Below are positions 37,481-51,244 of a stretch of 64,000 nucleotides of DNA, in pieces. Each line of letters starts with the position of its first letter. Position 1 is the stretch's first letter. The notes under the pieces are model-generated. The model had not been told where the DNA came from. It did not search any database and saw only the letters and a list, made by a program, of their open reading frames with translations. The position numbers and the translations under genes are program-made. The DNA comes from Centroscyllium fabricii (Eukaryota): assembly GCA_051313645.2 (NCBI GenBank), contig JBNRSN020000031.1, positions 9,982,001 through 10,046,000 on the forward strand, read 5' to 3'.

Positions 37481-38550
37481 GGGGCAAAAATTACGATGAT
37501 CGCGGGAGGTTTTTGAGCCGCGTGCTCACACACCCGAGCTCCGAATTGCAGTTGGCAGCCGTTTCCAGCTGCTACCTGCAATTCCGATGGCGTCCAGCGG
37601 GGGATCTCGAGCTGCAGCCCGCTGGATCGCGCTTGCCTGCGCGTGGACCTCCAATTTTTTTCCGTTTAAAAAAAATAAAAATCGGGGTAAGTATGGAAGA
37701 TTGTACGCTGAAAAATATATCAGCCGCAATCACTGTTTTTAGCAGGTAAGTCTTTATTTTATAGAATTTAAGTATTGTTTTAACAGGTTTTTAATTTTTT
37801 TAAACTTTAAAGACAGGTAAGTATTCTTTTAGGCCAGTTAAAAACTTTTTTCTAAATTTTTCTTTTTTCTTTAATAGGTAATTTATGTTAAAAAATGGTG
37901 TTTTTTAAATTTTATTTGTGTTTAGATGTGTTTTTGAAGCTCTTCCTTTTCATAACTTACACAGATTTCTCCGTGTAAGTTATGAATGGAGGATTGCTTC
38001 CATTGATTGGCTCCCTGCAGATCATAGAAGCATAGAAACTAGGAGCAGGAGTAGGCCATTCAATGAGATCATGGCTGATCATCCAAACCCAGCACCCCGC
38101 CCCTGCCTTCCCCCCATATCCCACCCTATCCCCGTAACCCCACATATTCAATCCCCCTTACACTAAGGGTCAATTTATCCTGGCCAATCAACCTAACCCG
38201 CACATCTTTGGACTGTGGGAGGAAACCGGAGCACCCGGAGGAAACCCACACAGACACGGGGAGAATGTGCAAACTCCACACAGATAGTCACCCGGGGCTG
38301 GATTTGAACCCGGGTCTCCAGAGCGGTGAGGCAACAGTGCTAACCACTGTGCCACCGTGCCGCCCCTGATCACGTGGTCCCGTGCGATATCTCCCACTAA
38401 CTACGCCGTTCAGTTGCACCAGCAGGTCGCTTGCAGTAGCTGTACAACTCGGGATTTCACATCGCATAATTGCAAAACGGCAGAAGTGCAGGGTAAGTGT
38501 ACCTTGGAGCCTTGCATTCACAGGAAGGCTCCGAGGCTCATTTTTGGGCC
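37481..38550 (+). mobile_element. Non-autonomous TIR element (possibly Harbinger-type) with nested HE1 SINE
   Basis: Ends GGGGCAAAAATT / ATTTTTGGGCC, ATT on both flanks; internal layout shared with 52169-52868. Confidence 0.65.
38023..38366 (-). mobile_element. HE1-type V-SINE nested in TIR element
   Basis: Head, core and tail in reverse; GATCA at both junctions. Confidence 0.88.
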
Positions 38551-38561
38551 ATTATGGTCAG

Positions 38562-38722
38562 AACTCTAAAAAAAACTCCGGTACCTGCACACCTGAAAAT
38601 ATACTTTACTGTATGCAATTTGCATGTAATTTATTTGCACTATTCTCGGGAGCGTCGAGTCTTCGTCTCGTTGTATTGTACTAGTACTCTGCAATGACAA
38701 TAAAACTTGAATTGAATTGAAT
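38562..38722 (+). mobile_element. Rex1/Babar 3' tail fragment
   Basis: Near-identical to 17365-17537, including the (TTGAA)n tail. Confidence 0.88.
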
Positions 38723-39379
38723 CCTACCCATTTGAGCCTGACCATTGAAAGCTGTAATGAGAACATGCGTTAATCATCATTGTCTCGGGTTCTGCTCTAC
38801 ACAAGGGGTTATAACGACTCATATCATGGATGGTGCAGTTCAGGTACTCAAGTGACTCTTATTACTGGTGTACAATACTGTGTTATACATTATATGCTCT
38901 CTCAGGTACTACAGTAGTCTTGATGACTCATGCTGCTATTCATTAACTGCGAGCAAGGAAGGTCAATAGAAGGGCAGCCTTATTTACACCCAGCCCTGTT
39001 TCACCTTTTCACCCTGCTCAGTCAGGGAATTCCCCTCCTGCTCAGTGACATCTCACTGCCTTAAGAATGTGGCTGGGCTCCCCTTACTCTGCAGCAAGGG
39101 GATTAGGTTACATTGCAGTCGGGCGACTGGGCTCGGTTTCATTCACATTAATAACACTCTCCCCATTCATCAACTTCCTGAATCTGGGAATCTCCAGGGA
39201 ATCTGGGATGGCAACATACAAAACAGTCAGCTGGAAATGTCATTTGAGCCAATGGGCAGGACCGACATTCCTGGAATGCCTTCCTTTCCCCATGCGATCC
39301 TCTGTGCATTGCTCACACAGAATGCCCATGTAAGGACTGACTCTGCCAGCCATGGACAGATCATCGACTCACCCAATCA

Positions 39380-40632
39380 CAGGAACCAGTGCACAGCACA
39401 CAGGCACAAACGCAGGAACCCGTGCACAGCACACAGGCACAAATGCAGGAACCCATGCACAGCACACAGGCACAAACGCAGGAACCCGTGCACAGCACAC
39501 AGGCATAAACGCAGGAAACCATGCACAGCACACAGGCATAAACGCAGGAAACAGTGCACAGCACGCAGGCACAAACGCAGGAACCCGTGCACAGCACACA
39601 GACATAAACGCAGGGATCCATGCACAGCACACAGGCATAAATGCAGGAAACCATGCACAGCACACAGGCATAAACGCAGGAACCCGTGCACAGCACACAG
39701 GCATAAACGCAGGAACCCGTGCACAGCACAGGCATAAAGGCAGGAAACCATGCACAGCACACAGGCACAAACGTAGGAACCCATGCACAGCACACAGGCA
39801 CAAACGCAGGAACCCGTACACAGCACACAGACATAAACGCAGGGATCCATGCACAGCACACAGGCATAAATGCAGGAAACCATGCACAGCACACAGGCAT
39901 AAACGCAGGAACCCGTGCACAGCACACAGGCATAAACGCAGGAACCCGTGCACAGCACAGGCATAAAGGCAGGAAACCATGCACAGCACACAGGCACAAA
40001 CGTAGGAACCCATGCACAGCACACAGGCATAAACGCAGGAACCCGTGCACAGCACACAGGCATAAACGCAGGAACCCGTGCGCAGCACACAGGCACAAAC
40101 GCAGGAACCCGTGCACAGCACGCAGGCACAAACGCAGGAACCCGTGCACAGCACGCAGGGACAAACGCAAGAACCCGTGCACAGCACACAGGCATAAACG
40201 CAGGAACCCGTGCGCAGCACACAGGCACAAACGCAGGAACCCGTGCACAGCACGCAGGCACAAATGCAGGAACCCGTGCACAGCACACAGGCATAAAGGC
40301 AGGAACCCGTGCACAGCACGCAGGCACAAACGCAGGCACCCGTGCACAGCACACAGGCACAAACGCAGGAACCCGTGCGCAGCACACAGGCACAAACGCA
40401 GGAACCCGTGCACAGCACGCAGGCACAAATGCAGGAACCCGTGCACAGCACACAGGCATAAACGCAGGAACCCGTGCGCAGTGCGCAGACACAAACGCAG
40501 GCACCCGTGCACAGCACGCAGGCACAAACGCAAGAACCCGTGCACAGCACACAGGCACAAACGCAGGAACCCGTGCACAGCACGCAGGCACAAACGCAGC
40601 AACCCGTGCACAGCACAGAGGCATAAACGCAG
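39380..40632. repeat. Minisatellite, 33-bp unit, ~38 copies
   Basis: CAGGAACCCGTGCACAGCACACAGGCA(T/C)AAACG. Confidence 0.96.
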
Positions 40633-41249
40633 TTCTTTTTTTAAGTTTTTGTCTTTGCTCACTTGAACAAAGGCCAGGACTAAGAGCAGTAAAAGGCTGT
40701 TCAGTGAGTCTTACCCTTCAGGGTTTCTCAAAAATATACATGCGCATGCCGTTTTAAAAATGAACACAAAGTAATGTCCTCCTAATCAGGGCCAAAGCTT
40801 TGCTTTCCGAGGCTGGCCAATTGATAGATTTCTTTGATTTGCCTTGGTTAACAGCCTTGCTGCTTTCAAAGGAGCATAGGAGGTGACAATGGGTTCAGGC
40901 AGTGACAATAACATCACATTTCTGCTGCCATCCTCAAAAGATGCGCAATAGTTGGTCAAGAGTTAGTTTAAATTGCATTTACAGATCGTACTTGAGGTAG
41001 AGCCCAATTTGTGGCTTTATCCCAGAACATTCTTTAACAAGCAACACTCTTAAGAAATGGCTGTGATAAATTATTTCACACAAACTGTTATTGTTCTTCT
41101 CAAACTGTCTCTAGGTCTTTCTGTATAATGCAAAATACCCAGCCTAAACCTGCCGGAACAGGCTCGAGGGGCTAAATAGCCTCCTCCTGTTCCTATGTAA
41201 AGGGCAGTCAGGCAATCAGTTCCCAGGCTTCTGACACTTGTACCTGGTA

Positions 41250-41930
41250 CAGGTTGTGCACCGAAAATCCGTGTCCCGAAAAGCCGGCAGCTTCAGTCTG
41301 CCAGCACAAATTGCCCCGACTGCACTGCACATGCGCAAGATGGCTGCCGCCATCGCGGCTTCGGCGAATGATCTGCGCATGCGCCGCTTAACGACGAGCG
41401 CATGCGCAGATCATTCAAAACGGCTGCCGGGTGTTTTGAATGATCTGCGCATGCGTCGCCGGACGGCCAGCGCATGCGCAGATAATTCAATACGGCCGGC
41501 AGTTATTTTCTCGACAGCTGAGCCCCGTGACTGAGGCGGACAGTCACTAGGCAACAGCTGTCAGCCTGAGTCTGGCTCGGCGGCAGCAGCAACCCGAAAG
41601 GCGATGGAGAGCGAAGGCGGACCTACTGGGCCCGACCCGCGCCCGCACAACCCTCCTTCCCCCCCTGCAAGACCGGCCTTTCACTGCTGCCCGACAGCCC
41701 TAAAAGGCAAAACGGAACGCCACACAAGCCTGAGCCCCTCAAAAAACTTCGCGGCGGCCATTATTGGTTAATCTGCACATGCGCACGCCAGCCAATCCCA
41801 ATGTTGTGCGCATGCGCGCGGCCATTTTGAATGGTGCGCATGCGCAGTGTCCAACTTCGTTCTCCCGGTTTTTTCAGTTTCCCGGCACGGGCCTGGTCCC
41901 GCCCGTGGCGGATTAATGGTGCACAACCTG
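41250..41930. mobile_element. TA-flanked MITE
   Basis: TIR CAGGTTGTGCACC, TA TSD. Confidence 0.9.
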
Positions 41931-43454
41931 TACATACAAACAGCTGAAGGAGACTGCCTCAGAGGGAAAGCACCTGATCGTGTTCAGCTAATCTCTGGTG
42001 CGGCATAACCTCACGGTGGGGTAGCGTCGACATGAACCTGATTTACCTTGTATAGCAGAGCATTTTGGGATCATGAATTATCTGCACCAATTCAAATAGA
42101 TCATTTGTATTAAGTGAAGTTACCAGGTACAAGGTGTGGTAACAGTCTGCATCCTTATTCCTCCCATCAATGCATAACCAGTGAACAAGTAACAACGGTC
42201 CTCATGACCCAGGTAACTAGAGTTCATTTAAATATCATGAGATATATTTTAAGCAGGAGAGATTGACGGGGAAACACCTTCGGACACCACCAGGTATGAC
42301 GTGACCTACTAGCACTACAATGGAAGGCACCTTAAGAGGAAGCTGTTAGAATAGTCATGGATCTGGAATTGGGGCAGTTTACAGTAAGAGATCGGAAAAC
42401 AAAAGTTGAGATATTAGAGCAAAAGCCAATATAACAAAAGTGGTCCAAAAGGGGAGAACAAATCTGTGCTCCAAACCATGGCCATCCCTCCAGGTGTCTG
42501 TCACCACACTCCTAATGGGCTGCAAATTCACACTAGCTGTGTGCGCACTTCTGCTAAATTGAGCTCATTTACAACTGATAACACGAAAATCCAGCAAGAG
42601 TCTGGAAACCAAGTGATGACGAAATCTTCACAGTGCCAGAAATGTTTATTAATCCCCGTTACCTTCACATTGGCAGTGCAGTGTCCCCCACCTAATGACA
42701 CCATCACAAGCTTATTTCAATAAAAAGCACATGATACAAACAGAATAAGGATGGACTGGTTCGGCAATGTGAGGTCAGTCACTCGTGAGTTATACATGAA
42801 ATCACACAAACCATTGTTTATACCATTTAGTTTCACACCTGGCTATGGCAATGTGTACATTAGGAGTTCCGGCCCTATTCGCTTCCACGTTCCAGTCACC
42901 GCTTATAATGGTGGGAAAATCTACGAGGTAGTCTGGCATTGCTTGGGCCATGGTAGCCTTTTCTTTCCACTTGTGCGGAGTCGCCGTGTCGGTTGGAAGC
43001 CGCTCACGCATTTGAAAAGGGTGTAGTCAATGGAAAGAATGCACGTGCCACTTCACCTTTTGTGTGCGTGTGCGTGTGCGGAGGGGGGGCCGGGAGGGGG
43101 GAGAAAGAGACAGGGCAGAACGAAATAACTTCTAATCTCTGGGCCTGCGGCAAGGCCGTAATAATCGGGATCCGGTGAGACTCTCTCCTTCAATGTCTTC
43201 AGTCTGAGTCAATAAAATAGAAAAATAGCTGAAGACGTCATCACGATTCTCCTTGCACCTCAGACTCCGAGCTTTATATTCATGGCCATGTGATTCTCTG
43301 ACGGACGGATAGGCCTAGTCTAGGCGCTCCAGTCCTTTGAGATACCGCCAGCTATTTGTGAAAGGGGTGGGGAGGAGGAAAGAGGGGGTTGCCATTATCA
43401 CTAAACGATTTAGGACGATGAGGTCGGGTGGGTTAAGTCACTCAGGGTCCTGTT

Positions 43455-44122
43455 TACAAAGGATATACGGCACAGAAACAGGCCACTTGGCTCAACCAGT
43501 CCACGCCAGCCTTTATGCTCCACTCGAACCTCCTCCCATCTAAATCTATCAGCATAACCCTCTATTCCCTTCTCCCTCATACGCTTTTCCAGCCTTCCCT
43601 TAAATGCATCGATACTATTCGCTTCAACCACTCCCTGTGGTAGTGAGTTCCACATTCTCACCATTCTTTGGGTAAAGAAGTTTCTACTGAATTCCCTATT
43701 GCATTTCTTGGTGACTATCTTATATCGATGGCCTGTAGTTATGCTCTTCCCCACAAGTAGAAACATTCTCTCTGTATCCACTCTATCAAAACCTTTAGTA
43801 ATTTTAAAGACCTCTATTAGGTCATCCTTTAGCCTTCTTTTTTGGAGATAGAGACCCAGTCTGTTTATCCTTTCCTGATATTTATACCCTCGCATTTCTG
43901 GTATCATCCTTGTAAATCTTTTCTGCACCCTCTCCAGTGCTTCTATAGCCTTTGTATAATAACTGTACACAGTGCTCTTAAGTGTGGTCTAACCAAGGTT
44001 CGGTACAGGTTTAGCATAACTTCCCTACTTTTCAATTCTATCCCTCTAGAAAGTAACCCAAGTGCTTGGTTTGCTTTTTTTTTTAATGGCCTTGCTAACC
44101 TCTGGCGCAACTTTTAGTGATG
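43455..44122 (-). mobile_element. CR1 3' fragment
   Basis: ALERVQKRFTRMIP...FFTQRMVRMWNSLP. Confidence 0.88.
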
Positions 44123-44404
44123 TTTATTTCTCCATTTCTCTTGTGTACCATCCACCTCCGCATTACTGGTGCTGTTATTGCAAGTCAAGGCTTTCACCGC
44201 CATGTTGGGGTTTGGTGTCAAAATAAGAGGGAAGTTCTGTTTTCGAAATGGAGGACGTGGACCTGGAATTTTAGTCTGGCCAATTGTGCATAAAACAAGA
44301 CTGTAGTGAGCACTGCTCCTGGTTCATTTTCTGTTAAGTAAAATGGTTGATGGGGTAGAGCAGGCAGCAAATGGGCACCTAATGTAAATTTAGGATACAA
44401 TGTC

Positions 44405-44510
44405 AGAACTGAAATGTTAACTGTTTCTCTCTCCACAGAAGCGCCTGACCGGCTGAGTATTTCCAGCATTTTCTGTTTTTATTTCAGATTTCCAGCATCC
44501 GCAGTATTTT
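44405..44510 (+). mobile_element. Penelope-associated terminal-repeat relic (second copy ~57517-57607, minus)
   Basis: CTGAGTATTTCCAGCATTTTCTGTTTTTATTTC shared by both copies. Confidence 0.55.
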
Positions 44511-44542
44511 ATGTGGGCCTCTTTCCGTGCTGTATTACTCTA

Positions 44543-45049
<507 letters not shown>

Positions 45050-45411
45050 TTACACCATGGATCAGCCTCGAAGCTCCCAGTAAGCAGTACGTGCTGAACA
45101 ATCAACTGGAATCTGGGAATGGGTCACAATTCCAGGTCGGAAGTCTGGCAACGTGGAAGCTTGAACCACACAACTCCACTTAGTCAGAGTTGTGCAGAGG
45201 TTCCATGACGCATCTCTTGTCAGCTGCAGGTGAAGTGACGTCGAAATCCCAAACCACAATCATCAACGTGCTGGAATTCACACCCATCAGGACCTGCAAC
45301 CTTGAATTAACAAATCCAGAGGCAAATCTGACCAGACAGTACCAGCATTTCATGACACTTTAGAACAAGGACTCACAATTACACACCACATTCCACACAC
45401 TTAAACCTATA

Positions 45412-45786
45412 GAGGTTGAGCACCGGTAATCCGGCACCCTCGGGACCAGGCTGGTGCCAGACCATTGAAAATTCCGAACCACTGAAGGTTCGAGGGGGGA
45501 GCGCGCGGGTAGAACACTCCCTGGGGCCCGGAGCGCGCGGGTAGAACACTCCCCAAGAGGGAGCCCGGGGATAGAACACTTACAAGACCTAAAAAAACAG
45601 CAACCCAAACGCCCGACGCCTTCAGCGCTCGCCCCCCACCACCCCCCCACCCACCCCACCGCCTTCGCGAGAAACGGTGGCGCCGCCAACCGGCTGCTCT
45701 GCAAACTGAAGACCGCCGGTTTCGATTCGTGCCAGACCACTGGAGGTGCCGGACCATCAGGTGCTGGATTAACGGTGCTCACCCTG
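45412..45786. mobile_element. TA-flanked MITE, same family as 26340-30000 (inverted)
   Basis: TIR (C/G)AGG(T/G)TGAGCACCG..AATCC; contains 2-3 GGAGTGTTCTACCCGCG units. Confidence 0.85.
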
Positions 45787-45959
45787 TAGCACTTAACTGG
45801 TATCAGAGTCACAGAAATGACAAAAAAATGTTTAAAACTAAAACCATTAAAGGGCTGCATTTGGCCAACAATCAATTCAGATGCTGAAAATCATTCACCC
45901 GTCAAGATAACAAAAGCACTGCGATCAATGGAATACACCCTAACAGGGTCATCACAGTT

Positions 45960-46210
45960 TAACTGACTCCAATGCAGTACTAAGGGAGCCTCCGCTGCAC
46001 TGTCGGAGGTGTGGTCTTTCGGATGAGACGTTAAATCAAGGCCCTGCCTGCTCTCTCAGGTGAATGTAAAGATCCCACAGCATAGCAAATAGGAGCAGGG
46101 GGGTACTTACATTAAAACAGTGACTACACTTCAAAAGTAATTCATTGGCTATAAAGTGCTTTGGGACGTCCTGAGGTTGTGAAAGGCGTTATATAAATTC
46201 AAGTTCTTTA
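45960..46210 (+). mobile_element. Deu-SINE fragment
   Basis: Core and tail similar to 994-1408. Confidence 0.7.
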
Positions 46211-46449
46211 TATAACTAAATATCATAGTCCGGGTATGTCCTGGGGTGGATTACTGTTGAGTGGCAGATCAATCTTGAGACTTGCCCAGTGGAAGCACTG
46301 CTCAACACCACTTGCTCCCACAGTCCTGCTGCACCACAATCCCAGCGGTTTTATAGAAACACCCCTGTTGTATTGGTACAATCCCATCGCGCATCAAAGC
46401 TGCTCTTCATCGACATCACTTGATTTGAAGAATGCTGCAATTTCTAGTA

Positions 46450-46782
46450 CAGGTTGAGCACAGTTAATTCGGCGCCCGATGGTCCGGCAACTTCAGTGGT
46501 TTGGCACGAATCGGAACCGGTGGCCTTTAGTTTGTGGAGCAGCCGCTCGGCAGCGCCACCGGTTCCCGCGAAGGGTGGGCGAGCGTCGGGCATCTGGGTT
46601 GCTGCTGGACAGTGTTCTATCCCCGGGCTCCCTCCCGGGGAGTGTTCTACTGCGTGCTCTGTGCCCCGGGGAGTGTTCTACCATGCGCTCCTCCCCCCCC
46701 CCGAACTGTCAGTGGTCCGGAATTTTCAGTAATCCGGCACCGGCCTGGTCCAGAGGGTGCCGGATTAACAGTGCTCAACCTG
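46450..46782. mobile_element. TA-flanked MITE, same family as 26340-30000
   Basis: TIR CAGGTTGAGCAC.GTTAAT.CGGC; TA TSD. Confidence 0.88.
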
Positions 46783-47768
46783 TATAAAATGTTGTATTTA
46801 CATGCCCCCACAGACCCCCCCCCCCCCCCCACCACACCCAGGTAAGCTATCGCTTTTTCAATCTGCCTGGACCTCTGCCCAGAATGAGAGTAGCGTTTTG
46901 GCCAGGCCACCCCCATTTGACTGGCTGTGAGAATACATTAGGTAGCACCAAGGCTGCACCGAGTACTTGGTCTTTCACCACACTCCTCGCTCACTCCTTC
47001 CCAATTATGGGGAGGCACCACAGCCCATTTAGCACCTGCTAGTCAGTACCAATAGATCAACCAGCACACTGTACTCGTCCACTCTACAGCACTGATTGCT
47101 CGAGTACTGGCTCCAATTTCTTACTCAATTTGAACTGCAAGGAACAGTATCTGAAATATAACTGCTTCACAGAGTTATGAATCGAACCCTGTATTTCTGT
47201 TGAGGTGAGAAACACTGCACAGGCCAGCTTATGGACCCGTCTGCCTCTGCACACAGCAGTGTGTTACCTGCACAAGAATATTCACCCAACAAAAGGTTCA
47301 ACTGAACCGTATTTAATGTGGTGATGGGAGGAGATGGACTTGGGATTTTTTTAATTCATCTGAATCCACAGTATGGAATTAGCTTCCACCCCATTTTTAA
47401 ATCTGTAATAACAAGGCTGGAATTACTGATGTGACAGCAGCGAGACATACCAGACCTTTGGAATTATTTAATTCCTAAGGAAGGGTGTTCTCACTGTGCA
47501 TAAGTGAGTTTCAAGGTGATAGCTTGTTGGAATAATACTATCAGTAAATACTCTCGAGCATCCTGAACTATCAGTAAGTGCTGCTGTGCAGAAAGAATTT
47601 GCAGAGAAACTAATGGGATGGAAGCAAGTTGGAGGAGAGTGTTAAAAATTAAACAGCCAAGACAGGGCATTTACAGGGGCTTCAATTCAGAACAATAGTT
47701 TAAAAGAAGTCCATGAAGTTGAGCAACCTGAATCCCAGCTGAAGACAAAAGCCACGCTTCACACCCAC

Positions 47769-47978
47769 CTGCGTTAGTCCCCCAATATCCTTGACGGACA
47801 TGTAGAGTCGATAAAGGTCCAGTGGTTTTCTGCCGACCGCAGGGAGATTAGTCATCATCATGCCCTTCTCTTCCATAAAGGCAAAGTACCGATCGATCCA
47901 TATCTTGCGCTCCGGCTCCACGCCCAGCTCATACAGTTTAGTGATCTTTTCATTAGTGGTCGTGGAAGAGCTGCTCTT
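47769..47978 (-). CDS. ARID1A: ARID1A exon 11 equivalent, 210 nt, N-half of ARID domain
   Basis: [31 protein letters not shown]...[27 protein letters not shown]; residues of ARID1A rather than ARID1B type. Confidence 0.97.
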
Positions 47979-49848
47979 CTGCAGAGAGACAGGTTCATCA
48001 GTTACTGATGCTTAGATACTCAACAAAGCTCCAACTAGAGCCAGGAAACAGTTAGCTTGAGGTTTGCACAGACAGCCCGTACAGGATAACCACTTTATCT
48101 AAACACGTGAAAATAACAAGCTGAGCGAGACCCATTGCCCACACAGCCAGTGCTTTGCTACAGTATTCAGGTTCCTCGATGCGTTGAAACAGTCATCGCA
48201 AAAAGTAAAACCACCCTGTACATTCAGAACAGATGCAAGACCGGAGACAATCACCAACTGACAAGGCAGACTCAACATAAGCTACTTCAGCACCTCCTGG
48301 ATTTCCCTGCTCAACGCATCATGGCTTACATCCAATTGCAAACCCAGGCTGAGAAACTAACAGTGCTGAAAATAAAACCACGAACTATAATCTAATCACG
48401 GTGGAAAGTTCCACTGAACTTTCACATACACAGATTATTTGAGTGAAGCCCTTTGTAAGCACAGCCCTGAGGTTCTACGTTTTTTGAAGCTGTACATACA
48501 AGATGATATACCAGCCCTAAAGCATCTAAAAAGGGCTCATCAAAACCAACTGATGTTCGGGAGTGTAACAGTTCAATGCACAGAATCTTGTTTGATGGAT
48601 GAAGAATGCATGGGGTGTATAGAGGAACCCTCAAACTCAGAGGCAGGTTCCAATTGTACTGGAGTAACCTCGTTCTCTATGGACATCTGATAAATCTGTA
48701 CATTCTATAGGTGATTAACTGAAGATGGGATCAAATACGTAAACCCACAGGTCACATTTCTTACGAATCCACTCATTTATCCTTTGGGGCGAATCCTTCA
48801 GTCCTCAAATAGCAGAGGATTTGCCTGTACAGTGACACTATTTTATAGTGACGGTTCTTGAAGTTACTGCCTAATTAAAATATTGTGCACACTTACAACA
48901 CACAGCCATACATCTGTCCCCTTCAGGAATTTGGCAATTATCTGAAGGGCAGGGAACTAGGTGGCACGGTGTTATAAAAGGAACTTCTTCGAAAGCTATC
49001 CACGAGTGGTAGGTGAAGATCTCTCCAGCATCTTTTGTGAAATTAACTATGACAGTTTCAACCCAGTTCCTAAAGGACATGGCCCCAAAATTCAACACAC
49101 TCAGGCAAATACATTTGGAGAGGCTACAAAAGATGATTGGTGTTAAATGGCACATGAATGCACAGCTTTTCAAACTGGGGTCTCTAGACCCGAGGGAATT
49201 TGCAAGGCAATCTTCAAAGGTCCATGAGGTCATTATGATCTCAGTCAGTGCCATCAGATTTCTGTTGTTTTTTTAAAAATTTACTAGCACATCCCTGCTG
49301 CTGTATATGGATACCAGTGTACTCCGCTTTCCATTAAGAAGATGACATTGTCTTTGGGAAGTTAGGCTGGGGGTCCCCTTGTGCTGTCAACATTAGCTGG
49401 AGGGCCCCCCACTCAAAATAGTTGGACAAACACTGCACTAATACAATGTCTGAGGTTCAATTTAAGGCTAATTGTTGGGACACGGCAATGGGAGTTTTAC
49501 TCGTATCTACCATGTGCTGTAGTTGACCTGGTACCAACTGATGCGGACAATGGATGCCAGAAGTATGACATGCTCAATCCTCAACAATGGCAATCCTTCA
49601 TTCCACAAGCTCAAATTATCAGGAATAAATTAAACATAAGGTGTTCATATTGTGGTTCAGGCGAGTGGATCAAAGCCAGAGTCAGACAACAGCTGTTCCT
49701 TATGTGAAGCACAGCACCATTAAGTCTTGTCATCTTGTTCCCAAGTAACAGCAGTGTCCACCCCACAGCTCCATGATGAAAATGGAGTGCAGTCAGCCCT
49801 AGTTGGCGCCGAGCACCATCTCTGGCAACACCCCACTTGTTTTCTCAC

Positions 49849-49958
49849 CTTCGACTTGGGCTCAGCCTTCGTCATTCCATCCGCCTTGTTGTTTGCTTTC
49901 TGTGTCGGTGGTAACTTTCCTTCCCCAAGCGCCATCATCTCAGGACTAGGAGTCATAC
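49849..49958 (-). CDS. ARID1A: ARID1A exon 10 equivalent, 110 nt
   Basis: GMTPSPEMMALGEGKLPPTQKANNKADGMTKAEPKSK; ag/gtgaga. Confidence 0.93.
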
Positions 49959-50249
49959 CTACAGGAAGGCAAGGGAGTGGTGTTAAATACTAGGCCAGTA
50001 CAGAGGTAATCACTCACCAGAGGCCTAATCTACAAAGATTAGCTATACAGTTTTTTCTTTTGTGCTAAATAAGTTTAGGCGTTTTCCTCTAGGTTTCCTG
50101 CACATTTTTTGTAGTCCTTGGTGAATGGACGCAAAGCACGAACCACACCACCAATTTATTGTAACTGCGCAACATGATGATTAGGTACATTGCAATTACT
50201 AAACAGGAGCATTTGTGGTAACCATAGGTTTACCATGGGTTTAAATGTT

Positions 50250-50685
50250 ACCATGGCTCTGTTGGTAGAACACTCACTTGAGTCAGTAGGTGGTGTGTTA
50301 AAGACCCATTCCAGGTCCTTAGCAAGTAATATAGGCCAACAGCTGAGTGAGGGAGTGCTGCATTGCTGGAGATGCCATTTTTTCGATGAGGTGTTAAACC
50401 AAGGCCTCAAATGCCATTTCTGGTGGATGTAAAAGGTCCCATGCACTAATCAAAGAATAGGGAGCTCTTGAGTCTTAGCCAATATTTATCCACAATCATG
50501 ATCAAAATTAGGTCAACAGACTGTTCAGCTGATTTGCTGTATGCGGGGCCTTGCTGGTTACAAATTGGTTGCTACATTTGTCTGCATAACAACAATGTTG
50601 TCACTTCAAAATTAATTCATTGGCTGTTGAGTGCTTTGAGTTGCCCTAAGGGTGTGATTGTGGTGCCACAGACATGCAAATTCTT
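50250..50685 (+). mobile_element. Diverged Deu-SINE
   Basis: Similar to 994-1408. Confidence 0.65.
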
Positions 50686-51244
50686 TCGTACCACAGTCTT
50701 TCCAACAAAATACAGCATCAATATTTCTAACAGACTGGGGCAGGTTTTATTTAGCTTACAGAAAATTCCGTTGTTTAAAGCAAAGCTTATATGGTTCACT
50801 GCTACATCAAGCACAGCATACTTCAAAACCTCAGCAACTTGGGGTGCAAGATGCTCAACCATCCCAGAGCCATTCTGAGAACTGTTCACTCAACTCAAGC
50901 GGGCACAGGTGAGTACGTGGTACAGGACACGGAGTGGTGGAATTCCAGTGCCCTTACTACGGGCTTGTAACTGTGATCTGACCAATATCCCTCGTATCAC
51001 ACTGGTGTCATGCCTTTCCTCGATCCCTTGAGAGCGCGTTTACAGGTCTCTATGCTACTGATTAACATGCAGTCAATCAGTAGGTCCAACACATACCCCG
51101 AATATCCAACCCAAATAGCAGATATCCCCTTAAAATCAGCTAAATCATTTTAAAAGAAAAGATCAGGAACAAGGAAAGTTGACAACTGGTCCCAAATGAA
51201 TTCTCTTATCTGAGTCTGTACACTAAAGCTGTAAATAAGGCTAG

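Noticed and set aside
39045-40757. Protamine-, keratin-associated- or metallothionein-like ORFs
   Set aside because: Open in nearly all frames because the unit lacks stops; frameshifting units are present; no gene context
43190-43245. C/D box snoRNA or miRNA (TGATGA...CTGA, 8-bp stem)
   Set aside because: Too short, no terminal stem around the boxes, and no long hairpin
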